Both the position numbers and the translations under genes were made by a program. Positions 13,972 to 27,646 of a stretch of 64,000 nucleotides of DNA are shown piece after piece. Position 1 is the stretch's first letter; each line of letters begins with the position of its first letter. The notes under the pieces were generated by a model. The model was not told the origin of the DNA and did not search any database. It saw only the letters and a list, made by a program, of their open reading frames with translations. This DNA comes from the human T2T-CHM13v2.0 reference genome, Homo sapiens, in the NCBI RefSeq assembly GCF_009914755.1, contig NC_060939.1; one strand, written 5' to 3'.

Positions 13972-14308
13972 CAAGTTGAGTATACCTTATCCAAAATGCT
14001 TGGCACCAGAAGTGTTTCAGATTTCAGACTTTTTTTATATTTTGGAATATTTGCATATATATAAGAGATATCTTGGTGATGGAACTAAAATCTAACATGA
14101 AATTCATTTATGTTTCATACACACGTTATATACATAGCCTAAAAATAATTTTATGTAATATCTTAAATAATTTTATGCATGAAATAAAATTTGTGTTCAG
14201 TACTTCTGTATGGAATCCTCCACTTGTGGCGACATGTCAGTGCTCAACAATTTTCAGAATTTGGGACACTTCAGATTTCAGGTTTTGAGATGAGGGAAGC
14301 TCAACCTG
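13972..14308. mobile_element. Tigger4b (MER46-type) TcMar-Tigger element
   Basis: TIRs caagttgagtat / gctcaacctg, TA dinucleotide on both sides (13970-71, 14309-10), internal ccagaagtgtttcagatttcaga. Confidence 0.85.
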
Positions 14309-14310
14309 TA

Positions 14311-15000
14311 CAAGTTATTTCACTTTCTTATCTTATAGAACCTGTTAGCACCTCCAAAATGATGTTGAATAATAATGGAGATAGTGGATACCCTTGCCTT
14401 GCTTCAGATTTAAATGAAAATGTTTTAACATATCACCATTGGTAATATTTGGTGTTCGTTTTTGACAAATAATACTTATCATATTTAGCTATTTCCTTCT
14501 ATTCTTCTTCAGAATTTTATTAGGAAAGCCTGCTGAATTTTATTGGATGCCTTATCAACCTTTATAAATCTGAGCACATGTTCCCCTCCTTTAAATCTGT
14601 TGATGAATATAGAAGTGGTAGTCTCCCGAGTAGCTGGGATTACAAGTGTGCACCACCACTAATTTTTGTATTTTTAGTAGAGACGGGGTTTCACCATGGT
14701 GGCCAGGCTGGTCTCGAACTCTTGACCTCGTGATCCACCCGCCTCGGTAGAAGTGGTCTTCTAAATAAAATAGCATTATGTAAAAAGAATTGTATCGATC
14801 TATTCAAGTGTTTCATCTCCTATTGCATCTATTTATGCTTCATCTCTTCTAGGTTTTCGAATTTGTTGCTATAGAGTTACACCTGCATTTGCCTACAATT
14901 ATTGTAATTTTCTACATCTATGATCACACCTCCTTTCCTCATAGTTCATCTCTTCCACTTTTGCTTTCATTTTCTTTTCTCTTCAGTCACATTTTTTTTC
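14311..15000 (-). mobile_element. Old L1 ORF2 (reverse transcriptase) relic
   Basis: Minus-strand translation near 14430-14314 gives [32 protein letters not shown], matching L1 ORF2 [19 protein letters not shown]; stop codon present. Confidence 0.8.
14620..14747 (-). mobile_element. Internal AluS fragment (no 5' end, no tail) between 10-bp direct repeats
   Basis: agtctcccgagtagctgggattaca...gacctcgtgatccacccgcctcgg; tagaagtggt at 14610-14619 and 14748-14757. Confidence 0.92.
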
Positions 15001-15224
15001 CTTTTTTTTTCTATTTACAAAAATGAGAATGATGTTTAACATTGAAATCTGGTTATTTTAAATCTTATGTATATATTTTGAATAACTGAATAACGTGGCC
15101 ACTCTCCCATTTTGACCTACCTTGATTGTCACAATTCCTTGAGGGTCCTGACTCTCATCTGAAAGGATGACATCACCACTGTGAGAGAAGCGACGCTGCT
15201 GGACTGGGAGTTCCTTGCAGAGGA

Positions 15225-15425
15225 GGACTCGGGTTCCCGGGACCTGGCAGAGAGGGGGCTGGGCACTGAGCTCAGGCAAGCACCTCCAACTAATGATGCC
15301 TTAGGTTCCTCATCTGTAAAATGGGGAGAATACTTAGCCATATCCATTTGTTATGAGGATTAACTGGAAAAATACTTTTAAAGCACTTGATCCATAGTAA
15401 AAACTCAGCGGACAGCTATTATTAA
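15225..15425 (+). mobile_element. MIR
   Basis: ttcctcatctgtaaaatgggga core, gttatgaggattaa, aaagcactt. Confidence 0.75.
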
Positions 15426-15989
15426 TAACATTTTGACATGTGCCTTCTCTGTCTTTTTCAACTATGCAAATGTATGTTTGGAAATATATACACACACATA
15501 ATAAAAATGGAAGCTGAATCCCAGGATACTTCTAGAATAAGGAATAAATGCTATTATTTCAGCTCCAGCAGAGTGGAAAGTGGAAGCAGAGCAGCAAGTG
15601 GAAGCAGAGCTTGGCTTGCATCCTGCACCCTGAGTCCCACACAGGGCACTGCGCATCCCTCCTCAGCAACCGGGCCGCAGCCTTCCTCCCATCTAGAGGT
15701 GTAAGTGCCTCCTAAACTCACCTGGAGGATATTAAATGGACAGGATCAAAGAAAACCTAGGTTATGTGTTTTCATTAAATGTGACCCATATGTCCTGTGT
15801 CTTACTCCTTGATGCAATCATCCTTTTCAGAATGAAGTGGAGCTCACTATTCCCAGTGTCACAGGATATAAGCAATTTAAATGCACTCTAAGGATATTGC
15901 TTTAAATTAGACTGCCCAGACAGGCTGGACGAAGGAAGGTTAAAACAATCATCCCATCCTCTCTGTTTGCAAAACAGTTTATGAGGGAT

Positions 15990-16182
15990 CTCAGAGCACC
16001 TCTATATTCTAATATTTATTACATTTCTTACCTAAATTGTATAAAACTTCTTTATCATTTGGGTATGTTTCTGTCTGTCCCACTTGTGCCCTTTCTTCAG
16101 CTTTCATTGCCTAGAGTCAGACACAAAGTAGATACTTTCAGTGCTCTTTCAACAACTGAGTGAATGAATGAATGAATGAATG
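15990..16182 (+). mobile_element. L2 3' end with (TGAA)n tail
   Basis: tgcctagagtcagacacaaagtag...tgaatgaatgaatgaatgaatg. Confidence 0.6.
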
Positions 16183-16689
16183 GGTAAGTGACTTCCTGCC
16201 CAAGGTAGAAGGTAAAACATGACTAAACCCAGAACTAAAACCCAGATCTCCTGACTCCCAGCCAGGTTCTTATATTTTTCTATGCTTTCATTGGGTTGAC
16301 TTGTATCTTGTACCAAACCCAGATGAGTTATCAGTCCTCCTCAACATCCATTCACTCATTTAGCAAAGGGATATTGAGTACCTACTATGTGGCAGGTGCT
16401 TCTTCCAACAGTTACACTCAGAGAATTGGGGGTATTGATCTTGGCTGTCACTATTAACAGAGTCAAGATGTCCAAGCCATGCTTCCAGGGAAGGGGACCC
16501 ACTTCCCTTCTCATCCCTGCTTTAGCTCAGTCTGATAGAAGAGTCAGGACTTTAAGGTGGGGGAGTAGAGGGAGAAATATTGATCCCAAAGGCTTCCTGT
16601 GCCCTAATCCCTCTTTTGGTACTGTATCCTAGTACGCCCTTACGTTCCCTGTTCATCTCATCACCTACAGCATGGCCTGTCTTCCCACA

Positions 16690-16926
16690 CATTTACATTT
16701 CTTAACACATTCTAACTTCCATTCTGGTTATCTGGCACGTAACTCATCTCCCCATGGAGACTATCAGCACCATGGGCTCAGGAGCCATGTCTAATTTCAC
16801 CTTTGTATCCTCGACAGTGCCTGGCATGACTTGTATCTTGTACCAAAGCCAAATGATTCAGCAGCCCATTGTAAATAAATGTTAGAATAGATATTGCTTA
16901 ATCCTTGTTGAATGAACGAATGAATG
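16690..16926 (+). mobile_element. L2 3' end carrying a short insertion
   Basis: agactatcagcaccatg...ctttgtatcc..acagtgcctggca [insert] ...ttgttgaatgaacgaatgaatg. Confidence 0.7.
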
Positions 16927-18547
16927 TGTAATGGAAGGAGAAAATGTTATCTAGAGAGGTGGGAGCTGGAGAGAACAAAACTGATTAGCAAAAGAAATGG
17001 AGTAAAATTCTGGAAGGCAGAAGACAAAAGAGAAAAGAAGAGAGCTAATAAACACAATAGGAACCTGTGTAAGTACAAACAGCCAAGGGACTTTTTAAGA
17101 ATGAGAGGAAGAGGGGTTAATATTTGAATCTGCAGTTTATAGGGTACAACGGAACCACTTCTCACTGTTATGCTCAACTTTCAGTGAAGTCTGCCACACC
17201 TTCGGGTACCCTGTATGGGTGATGTTTTCTGTGGGAAGTCAAAGAAATGCAGCTGTGTTGTACATCTGGAATGAAGCCAGAGAGAATAGGGATGGGGAAT
17301 TGATCCATCCATGGAACTAATTCAGCAGAAGCTGGTGCTCAGAGCCCAGGTGACAAAGAAAAACTCAAGCCCATTTCCTGATCCAAATCCCTGGGAAAAT
17401 TAGCAATGAAGGGAAGGAGAGAAAGCGGTTCCCACCATATATGGGATGGAGTTGAGGCTATTTCATTTGTATCTTAATGGCCAAAGAACTTGACACCTGG
17501 CATACAAATGAATGCAAGAATGAATGATAAATTAATTACTCTTAAGATGTTAATGGGTTATAGTAGTTTAGTGTCCCCAAAACCATTTTCAACTACCATC
17601 AATGCCTTACAGAGTGGCCTCAGGGTTCCTGAGAGAGATGCTTTTGAGCTGAGGCAGTCATTTTGGGGGCCCTTAAAATTTATGGAGCCAAATTCCAAGG
17701 ACCTTTTCAACCCTATCTTACCTGATAGGTCCCACTGAAGCCACAGGTGGATGGCCAGAAGTGTCTGACCATTTGCTGCAAACTGACCCAGGGGGAATGT
17801 CAGGAAACAAGGCAATAAAAAAGACCTGATTTCCAATTCCAGTTCATGAGTTTGCATGACCCTAAGCAAGTAAAACTGTGGAAATATCACTGTCTCTACC
17901 CATGACACAGTCTTGTTGGGAGGAATCAACGAAGAAGCTATCTGGGAAGTCCCATCTAAACCGCTGTCTCGGAGCTCATCCATTTCATTCTTTCTTGGGC
18001 ACTGATCATATTGGATTTCATTTCAAACACAATCCTTGGTTTCCTTGGACAACCTTTATTCAGTTTCACCCTAAATTCCAAACTGAGAGTGGGAAAATGC
18101 TGGTTTGGAAGTGTGGAGGTCATGGAAATAGATGCACAGGCACCTGGCTTAAAGAAGTGATGACAGAGAACAAAGAAGGTCACAGCGAGGGAATCTGAAA
18201 AAACAACAACTCTAAGGACAGAACAGACTGAGCTATTTATAGTGCTATAGAACTCCATCACCCCATACAATTTAATAATCCCTAAAAGTATCTCTGGGCA
18301 GGTAAAGAACAGCAGAGCGGTTTCGGCCAAGTCAATGATGGCTCAGGTGGCTGCTAGGTCCTTTTTTAGTGCTCAAACGCACACCACAGACAATGGCTTC
18401 ACAAATGTGTTCACAAGGGTGGCCTTGAGTCAACAAAGAAAAGGTTACATTGCATTGTGCTGTGTTTTACTAAAGAAGGTATAGGTGAGGCATGTTTTAG
18501 AAAGATATCAATTAAAAATGGTAGCAAAGTAAAGTGGGAAGGTCATG

Positions 18548-19052
<505 letters not shown>

Positions 19053-19256
19053 TCAGTTATCAGGGAAACGTGCAGATCTAAAGCCCTGGATCTCTGTCAC
19101 AGTGCTGGGCAAATCAAGCATGGCATCATGATTAATACTAATATGGCTGCGGCTGCTACTACTACTATTACTGCTACAATCATTGTTGTCAATCTATTCC
19201 CATGCAGAGATGAAGGAGCAACTATTGATTATACTGGTAGAAAAGCAATTATTTTC

Positions 19257-19390
19257 TTTGTGTGTTTGTTTGTAGAGACAAGGTCTCACTATGTTACCCA
19301 GGCTGGTCTCAAACTCCTGGATTCAAGCAGTCCTCTCACTTAGACCTCCCAAAGTGTTATTTGACAGCCATGAGCCACTGCACCTCACCG
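19257..19390 (-). mobile_element. FLAM_C-like free left Alu monomer
   Basis: Single monomer; perfect 12-bp TSD gcaattattttc at 19245-19256 and 19391-19402. Confidence 0.88.
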
Positions 19391-19589
19391 GCAATTATTT
19401 TCAAGGCTGAGATGAGCTCTCAGTTCACAAGCCATCTCCTCAGTGAAAACTCCTCTCACCACAGGCCTCTCCCTGGCAGACGGCCCCGCCCTTCTCCGCA
19501 CTCCCTAGGCCTTTGTTCCTACCTCTGTACGACTGCCTCGTCTTCCTGGAGATGGCATTCTGTGATGGGTGAGAGCACTACAGGCAGAC

Positions 19590-19810
19590 TCAGTGAGAGA
19601 ACTCAGGCAGACTGCGTTCAACCCTCTATGACATCTTGGCCAAGCTATTTTATCTCTCTCTGTGCCTCGTTTTTCTAATCTGTAAATGAAGGATTATAAA
19701 ATACCTACCTCATGGGGTCAAGTATTAGGCTGAGGTGAGTTATAAGGTAAATTTCTTGGAATGGTGCCTGGGGACACAGAAAGTGTCACCAAATATTAGC
19801 TTATTACTAT
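19590..19810 (+). mobile_element. MIR
   Basis: tctctgtgcctcgtttttctaatctgtaaatgaaggattataaaatacctacctca. Confidence 0.75.
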
Positions 19811-20105
19811 GTGTATATAATATATATACATATTTATATGAATACATACATATGTAATCCTATGTATATACATATATGTATATATAGCATACATATAACA
19901 TATATAAGTATATGGAATATATTTATATACTACATATTTATAATATGAATATGCACATAACATATTCATATATAAATTCATATTTAATATGTCATATATT
20001 CATATTATCATATTATATTACATATATATTACATGTATACATATAAGATGTATACATTATATATATTATATACATGTGTGTATATATAAATCTACACGTG
20101 TATGT
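19811..20105. repeat. Degenerate (TA)n/(TATG)n AT-rich low-complexity tract
   Basis: ~295 bp almost entirely alternating T/A with interspersed CA/TG. Confidence 0.9.
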
Positions 20106-20860
20106 AACATGACATCTCATACAAACAGATGCTTGGTGAATGTTTTATGAATGAGTGTACGACAGTAGATGAACTGGGAGAAATTCTTTGAGTATTTCAA
20201 TGAATTGCTGGCAGCTTTGCTGGAGAGGCTGTGACCTTTCCTTTCTAATTAACAGGCTCATGGAGGTGGGGAGAGGGTTGGGGGCTGGGGAGTCAGCAGT
20301 AGACACTGAAGCCCTTTCTTAATTGTACCAGACACCTTGTCTCATGACAGCACAGAGGAAGAATTCAGAGAATCAGACCCCCTCTCCTGAACATTCAGGA
20401 GAAGAATTGCATCTGACACTCAATATAAATACACAACATAGCAGGGACTAGTCTCCTCCTCCCTATAGGAAATCACTTATTCCCATATTTTGTTTTTGCC
20501 CTTCTCTGCCTTTATAAGATGATAAATCACTAAAATGGAATGTGGCTTCAAAAAGCCAAAAGTGCATTATTTACATTTTTCAGCCAACTCAGCAGATCTT
20601 CACATCGTGGGAACTCCCAGTGCCTTGGAGACTTGGAAAAGTCCCAGGAGCCCCTTACCAACTATTCCCCCAGAGCTAAAGGCCTGGAAGCTATGGCCTC
20701 GTGCGTCATTCCTACCCCTCTCTGCTCAGATGCTGAGAGGGGTCTGGGGACTCTCTAAACGACCCGCTACAAGCAAAGAGCCCTGTTGGGAGCTCAAGAG
20801 ACCTGGACTAAATTCTCATGCTGCCTCTTTCTGGTTGTAAGCAATTGGACAAGTTGCTTA

Positions 20861-20967
20861 CCATTTATCCTGATGTGATTATTATGCATTGCATATCAAA
20901 ATCTCTCATTACCCCATAAACATATACACCTACTATGTACCCACAAAAAATTTAAAAATTTAAAAAA
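20861..20967 (+). mobile_element. L1MA-type extreme 3' end inserted into a MIR (MIR halves ~20791-20860 and ~20968-21070)
   Basis: tgatgtgattattatgcattgcat...accccataaacatatacacctactatgtacccacaaaaa. Confidence 0.8.
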
Positions 20968-21263
20968 TTCTCTGAGCCCCCATGCCTATATCTGTGAGTG
21001 CAGGCACTGTCCCTAGCTCCTAGGACTGTTACGTGGGCTAAATGATACTTAGGCGTGGAGCACTTGTCACCTGCAGGGGGGAGGTGTATGGAGCTTTCTT
21101 TGGCCTACATGGGACTATAGGGTCCCTGGAAAGACGTTGGTGCCTGAGTCAGAGGCCTTCATGCTAATGCCAGCTCATTAATTCATTGTGGAGCTTGTGC
21201 ACATCATTTGTGCTCTCTGCCTTAGTTTCCTCCCTGCAACATAGGGGCAAAAATAGTTGTCCA

Positions 21264-21560
21264 TGCCAGGCATGATGGCTCACACCTGTGATTCCAGTAC
21301 TTTGGGAGGCCAAGGCGAGAGGATCATTTGAGGCTTGGAGTTTGAGACCAGCCTGGCAAAATAGCAAGACTTCGTTCCTACGAAAAAAAAAAAATGTAGC
21401 TCCACATGGTGGTATATGGCTGTAGACCTAGTTACTTAGGAGGCTGAAGCAGAAGAATCGCTTGAGTCAGGAGTTTGAGGTTACAGGGAGCTATGATCGT
21501 ACCACTGCGCTCCAGCATTGGTGACAGACTGAGATCCTATCTCTAAAAATAATAATAATA
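21264..21560 (+). mobile_element. AluJ element within a MIR
   Basis: Diverged dimer, (AAT)n tail, TSD aatagttgtcca/aataattgtcca. Confidence 0.92.
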
Positions 21561-23000
21561 ATTGTCCAACTTACTTCCCAAAGTTACAAGATTAAAAAGT
21601 TAATTAACATCCCTTGTAAGTTTTTTTTTAAGTAAAAACTGTTTAATTCATTTTTTCTAAAGTAGCAAAAAACTAGAATTTCTTTGAATTAAGTAAGGTT
21701 TGTACTGTGGCCTTTGATTAATCATAGTAGATTGCCTTTTAAGCCATGAGAGCCACACTCTGAGAAAAGGCTTAAATGGCTTTAATTCCACTATAGTGTG
21801 CATGACTGATATCAAATCCTTTACTGAAACAAATTCTGATGGAGCAGAGGAGGGAGTAAGCACGGGGCATCTGTGGGCTCAAAATGAGCTCCACAGAGGG
21901 GCACCTGAGGGCACCAGAAACACACTTTGCCAACTCACCCACAGCCTTTGGGCAGGTCTGGACACACAATTGTTTTAATGTCTGTGTCATGTTGTCCTCT
22001 CCCAAGTCTAGCTGACCCCATCCTTTATAAATGGAGAGGCAAGAGCTGGTTATGATAAGATATCTGGTTTCAGAAACAAGTGCTTTTGTTCCAAGTATTC
22101 CAGCAACAGCAACCTGGTGTCCCTGGCCTACCCAAATCCAGGACAAGTGTTCCTGCCAGTCTGCAGCCATCCATCTCTCCAGGCTTATCTACGAGTCATC
22201 ATGGAAGTTAAAGAGCTGCTGGTGGCCATGGTAGCCTGCCTGGTCGCATGACCTCAATCCTCTCTCTGAACCAGCAAAGCTCCCTGACCCACGAGTCTCA
22301 CAAAAACAATTCCTGTCTCTTGTCATCAGGTTCAGATGATGAGCTCAAACAATGCCCCAGGATGAGCCAGGAATGTCTTTGCCTGACTTGGCAAGTGGTT
22401 TCCCTGCCCTGCAGTGGCCAGAATGTGGGAGTGGAAAATTATTCTTGTTTCCTTCCGGAAATGACCACATTCGCCAGGGCCAGGCGCAAATCCACTGACT
22501 GCCCTGAAGGGAGATTTGCCTCCTCTTCAGAGGACAGAGGGAGACTTGGCCAAGCTTGCTTGGGAAATCAAAGTGTCTCCCAGCTGCCATGTTCTAACCC
22601 TAGGCCACACAATGAAACCAAAAGGGCCCCATTGAATGAGAATGGGTCTCACTCGTGAAGCCACTTCACTTCTACACACAAGACCATTCCTTGGATATTC
22701 CAGACACCCCCAAGTCTCTGCCACTATTGCTGTTGTTGACACACTCCTCAACTGGTGCTCACAGAGCGGGAAGGGGTCCAGGAGAGGAACCCCGCTCTTA
22801 TCCTCCAGGTCCACTGCTCCAGGGCATGAGGAGGGGAGAAGGGAAGGGAGATAGCACTGTCCTGTCATACTGACCCCAGAGAAATGTGAAACACTTTTTC
22901 TCATTCCTTCTCTGTAGAGGTGAAACATACCAAACCTTCCACAGGGTTTTTATTAAACTCTACGAGTAGAATGAAAGAACAAGGAAAGGAGCAGAATTAG

Positions 23001-23095
23001 TATTTATTCAACAAATACTTACTGAACCAGCATTATGTGCCAGGCACTGTGCTGGCCATGGGGCAGATGTGAAAGAGCTAACCCCTGACTTTAGG
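23001..23095 (-). mobile_element. L2 3' end
   Basis: tttattcaacaaatacttactgaa...tatgtgccaggcactgtgct. Confidence 0.7.
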
Positions 23096-23675
23096 GGGTT
23101 TGATAAACCCAGGTGCTAAATGAATGGTCCAATGGTTCCCAGGGAGCACACCCACTCCACCCCTTCCCACCACTTTATCTCAACCCCAGTCATTTCACAA
23201 TTAAAAAAACAAAATGAAAGTCTAACACAATTTGTTCTCCCATGTGAGCTAGGAAGACCCAAACTCCCACAGGCTAAAAGTTTATGATAACAGGCAAGAT
23301 TAATTAGTAGTTGTCATGAAAATGGAATGTCATTAATTATGCAGTTTGAAACTGTTCAAGTTCACTTCCTCCAAAATTAAATCCTAAAACTATAGCATCT
23401 GAAAACCTCCACATATGCTTGACTCATACTTGAGTCGTACACAACACTCACATACTAAATATTATCTACAAAACAGGTAGCGTTATCAATTTGAGTGTGT
23501 GTGATGTGGTAGGAGTGGTTGTGCTCCTCACACAGAAGGATGCCGGAGCACATGACTTCTTGTTTAAATCGAACACACAATTGGTACCTCTATTTTTAAA
23601 TGCTGTTATAGCCAGACCGTTGTCTAGTGGATGACGCTCCCATGGGCCCCACAACACATGTAGGGTGCCCACAAC

Positions 23676-24193
23676 AGTTAATTGTTGCATAACAAATCAC
23701 CCCAAAACGTAGCAGCTTCCATACTAATCATTGGAAATTTCTCCTGATTTCTGTGGGGCAGGGATTTAGAGAGGCTCAGCTGGAGGTGCTGGCTCAGGGT
23801 CCCTCCTGAAGTGCTGTCAAGGGTCTGCTGGGGCTGCATGTAAGTGCTTGCTGGGATTAGAGGCTCCACTCTGAGATGGCTCACTCACAGGAATGGCAAG
23901 TGGGTGCTGACTGTTGGCCAGAGGCCTCCGTTTCTCTCCGTATGAGTCTTTCTACAGGGCTTCTTGAGTGTCTTTATGGTATGGTGCTGGCTTTCTCCAG
24001 AGTGAGCAATGCAGGAGACTGAGGCTGAAATGGCAATGCCCTTTACGACCTAGCCTTGGTCCTAATTGTCACTTCTATCATACTCTGTTGGTCACACAGA
24101 CATCCTTGATTCAATGTGGCGAGGGCTTTCATACAAAGCCTTGAAAGCCAGGAGCTGTGGCTCACTGGGGCCATCTTGGATGCTGGGCACCAC
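23676..24193 (-). mobile_element. MLT1F-like ERVL-MaLR solo LTR
   Basis: ttgcataacaaatcaccccaaaac...ggctcagctg...atggctcactcaca...ttggtcacacagac...ggggccatcttgga. Confidence 0.8.
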
Positions 24194-24449
24194 TGGTATT
24201 CATCACCACGATGCTTCGGGCAAACCTCCCTGCCGTCCAATGTAGGCAGGCAGAGGAATGCTTCCATTTATCAAATCTCTGCATACTTGTGTGATGTTAC
24301 ATGTAAATGGACATATTTTAAAGAATTTTGTAGCAATAAAACAGACAATACCAAAACTCCAACAAACATCATTCAGCCTGTTTTTGAACATTCAGGAACC
24401 TCTGGACTACACTACCCACAGGTTACCGCTGTTACCATGTAGGCATATG

Positions 24450-25390
24450 GCCTTCCAGGTTTTTTCTACGTCCTTTCCACTGCCTCCACCTGAAGCATTT
24501 AAAGATGTTTCTGTCCTTCCCATTCTGGCCCATCTTAAGTCTTTCCTTATCCTCTGTTCTCCTTCAGCTGTTGTCGTATTTCTTTTATGTCCTTCACAGC
24601 CTAACTTCTGAAATGATGTGGCTAGACTCACCTCCCACTTGCTCCTCAAGCCACTGGATCTGGCTTCGGTCCTCACTATACCATGGAAATTGTCCTTGCC
24701 ACAGTCATCAAAGGCCTTCTAGTTGCTCCACCCAATAGACGCCGTGATTTCCACTTTTTACCTGACCTCTTAGCACCATCTGAGGGTGCTGACCACAATC
24801 TTCCTTCCCTGGCATTTTTTTTTGCTTTTCTGATTACTCCTTCCTGGTCTCCATTCTGGGCTCCAATTCTTCCCCCCACTTAAATGCTAGGGTTCCTCCA
24901 GCCTCATCCTAGCTCCATTTCCCACCCTACTCGTGTTGCCAGCAGTGTTGTCCATCCCACACCTTCCTTTATCAGCTAGAAGCTGGTGCTTTGTAAATCT
25001 ATGTGTCTAGCTCAGGTCACTCTCTTGAGCTTCAGACCCACACAGCCGGCTATTTGGCAAATGCCTTTAGTCAGATGCCAAACTCAAACTGTTGAAAGCC
25101 AGATTGATCATTTCCCCTGACACACTGGCTTCTTTATCTTCTCTTACCTCAGGAAATGGCACCTTCATCTACTCAGTTGCTCAAGCCAGAAACCCAGGCA
25201 TAAATTATCCTTGACTCCTCCCTCTCCTTTGTCTCTCACTCCATCAGTTACCGTGTCCTGTAGATTCTACCTCTGATGTATCTCTGGGATCCATCCACCT
25301 CTCTCCATTCCTACTCTCAGTTCTCTGGTACTATTCACTATCATAGCCTCGACAACCTCTGAACTGACCTCCCTTTCTCCAGTCTTACCC
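24450..25390 (+). mobile_element. L2 internal (ORF2) relic
   Basis: tgacctcttagcaccatctga..gctgaccac; ttgagcttcagacccac; aatggcacc..catct..tcagttgctcaagccagaaacc; tccttgactcctccctct. Confidence 0.75.
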
Positions 25391-25973
25391 CACAATTTGC
25401 TTAACCACTCTTGTATCATGGGATGTTTAGGGGGTTTGTACATGATTATACTTTTTAAAAAAATGTCTGGCTACTTGTGTTCTTTTTTTGCTTGGATTTG
25501 GATTTCATGATATTCATATATTTGACTCTAGGGTAGGCTTTACCAATAAAGAATCACAAATAATTATCCGATTCCCTTCTATAGAGACGAAATCTCCAGC
25601 TAGGTGTTCTAGATTCTAGAGGTTGTCATTCCTCAACCTGCCAATTGAAGCCCTCCACAACCCAATCCAACCACATCTATCCAACTTCATTCCCACCTAC
25701 ATAGCAGTATCCGCCACTTACTCTTTCATTCTCTGACGCATCTGATCATTCCTTCACATAAGGCATTGTGCTAAGGAATACTCTCACTCCACATGTCTGT
25801 ACCTTCATGGCATGCTCCACCCCACCTCCCAAATTACATTTAACTTCTGAGTCTAGGCATTTGCTCAACACCACCCTGCTTCCTGGAATGTCCTCTTTCA
25901 CCCCCTTCCCAGTGACCAAGTCTTCATCTTTGGATGTAAGCCCACCTTCACTGACTATCCCGGTCCACAGTGA

Positions 25974-26271
<298 letters not shown>

Positions 26272-26454
26272 CTTGCTTGTGCCTTTCTTATCTCTTCTCT
26301 CATTTCAAAATGTAATCACCTTATCTTGCTTTGTTATTTAATTCTTTCTCGTATCTGTAGTTCCTCAGCTATATCAATACTGTCTCCCCCTCTCGACTGT
26401 AAACTTCTGGAGAATCAGAATCATATTATTCATTTTTCTCTTTCTAGAAAATTA

Positions 26455-26620
26455 GATAAGTAGTTAATTACTTATCTGAGCCTTGAGCTCTGTATAGCTA
26501 AGACTGGGGGATAATAATTCCAGAATCACGGGGTGGTTGTGCGAGTACTTGTAGTAAGGAATGAGAAAGTGCATTGTGCTGTGCCTAGCACAGAGAAGGT
26601 ACCCAATAAATGTTAGTTCC
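26455..26620 (+). mobile_element. MIR 3' half
   Basis: gggataataa...gtggttgtg...tgcctagcacagagaaggtacccaataaatgttag. Confidence 0.7.
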
Positions 26621-27646
26621 CATTCCTCCAATATCTATTCCTGACCTGAGGGTACAGTAACTACAAAGTAATTATTTGCAAAATGAATGAGTGAATGATG
26701 CATAAGTAAATGACAAAGAAGTCAAAGAATAAAATGATGCATTCTGACTACACAAGAGAGGCAGTGCCAAAGAAACCGAGTGCCTTTCCCTGGCTGGCAG
26801 GGGAGGGCATTCTGCTGGGGGAGACTGTGGCGGGGCTATGTGCTACTGGGCTTGAGATCGTGAAATGTCGATTAATGGGAAATCAAGTTTGATTTGGGTA
26901 TTGCTGCTACAGCCAGCTGATTATTGTACGTTTGACTGAGTTTGTGATCTGTCAAGATCCCCAGAATAAAGTAGTGGCAGGCATATGTTTCTTATAAATG
27001 GAAAAACAATTATTGTGTAAATCAATTTTCACTGGCATAGGCCTGGCTCCAGGCTCTATAAGAAATGAGAATATGTAGGTCTCAGAGCCCAGGCTATAAA
27101 TATTTATTTCTGCACTGTCACTGGTATTTGTAGCAAATCCTTTTTCACTAGTGGGCATTCTATTTGTTTTGACAAAGGCGTAAAACTGTTCCAAAGGCAC
27201 TGAAGGCCACAACATAAAAGGTCTTTAGGGAGTGCTCAAAGAAGGGGGTGTCATTTTCAGATGCTGACCATTTGGTTTTCTCGCTTCGTCCGTGGAGTTC
27301 ATGGCACTAATTTTGAGTTCACTGTGGAAGGAATGCCCTTTGTGGTTGGCTGCGGTCAGCAGTGACAGTGAGCCCCTCCCCTCCCTATCTGCCCCACAGA
27401 AAGTGACAGAGGTGGCAGATTTCTCTAGCCTTCTTCTGACCCCTTTCTTCATTCTGTGCTCCCCTCTCCACCACTCCCAACCACATCTCCTCAACTGCAT
27501 GAGATGCTCTTGAAGAAGGGGGATTATGGTTAGGGACATCAGCCTTGGCACACTAATATTCCATACATGCATGAACAATTTGGAGAAATTTTTTTATGTG
27601 GCCACAAAATGGCAAATCCAGAAGGAACTTCACATATCACCTACTT

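Noticed and set aside
14311-14440. Reverse-transcriptase motif as an active or domesticated RT gene
   Set aside because: Short L1 ORF2 relic with an in-frame stop and decayed flanks.
15578-15610. 15-bp direct repeat aagtggaagcagagc x2
   Set aside because: Ordinary short slippage duplication with no further structure.
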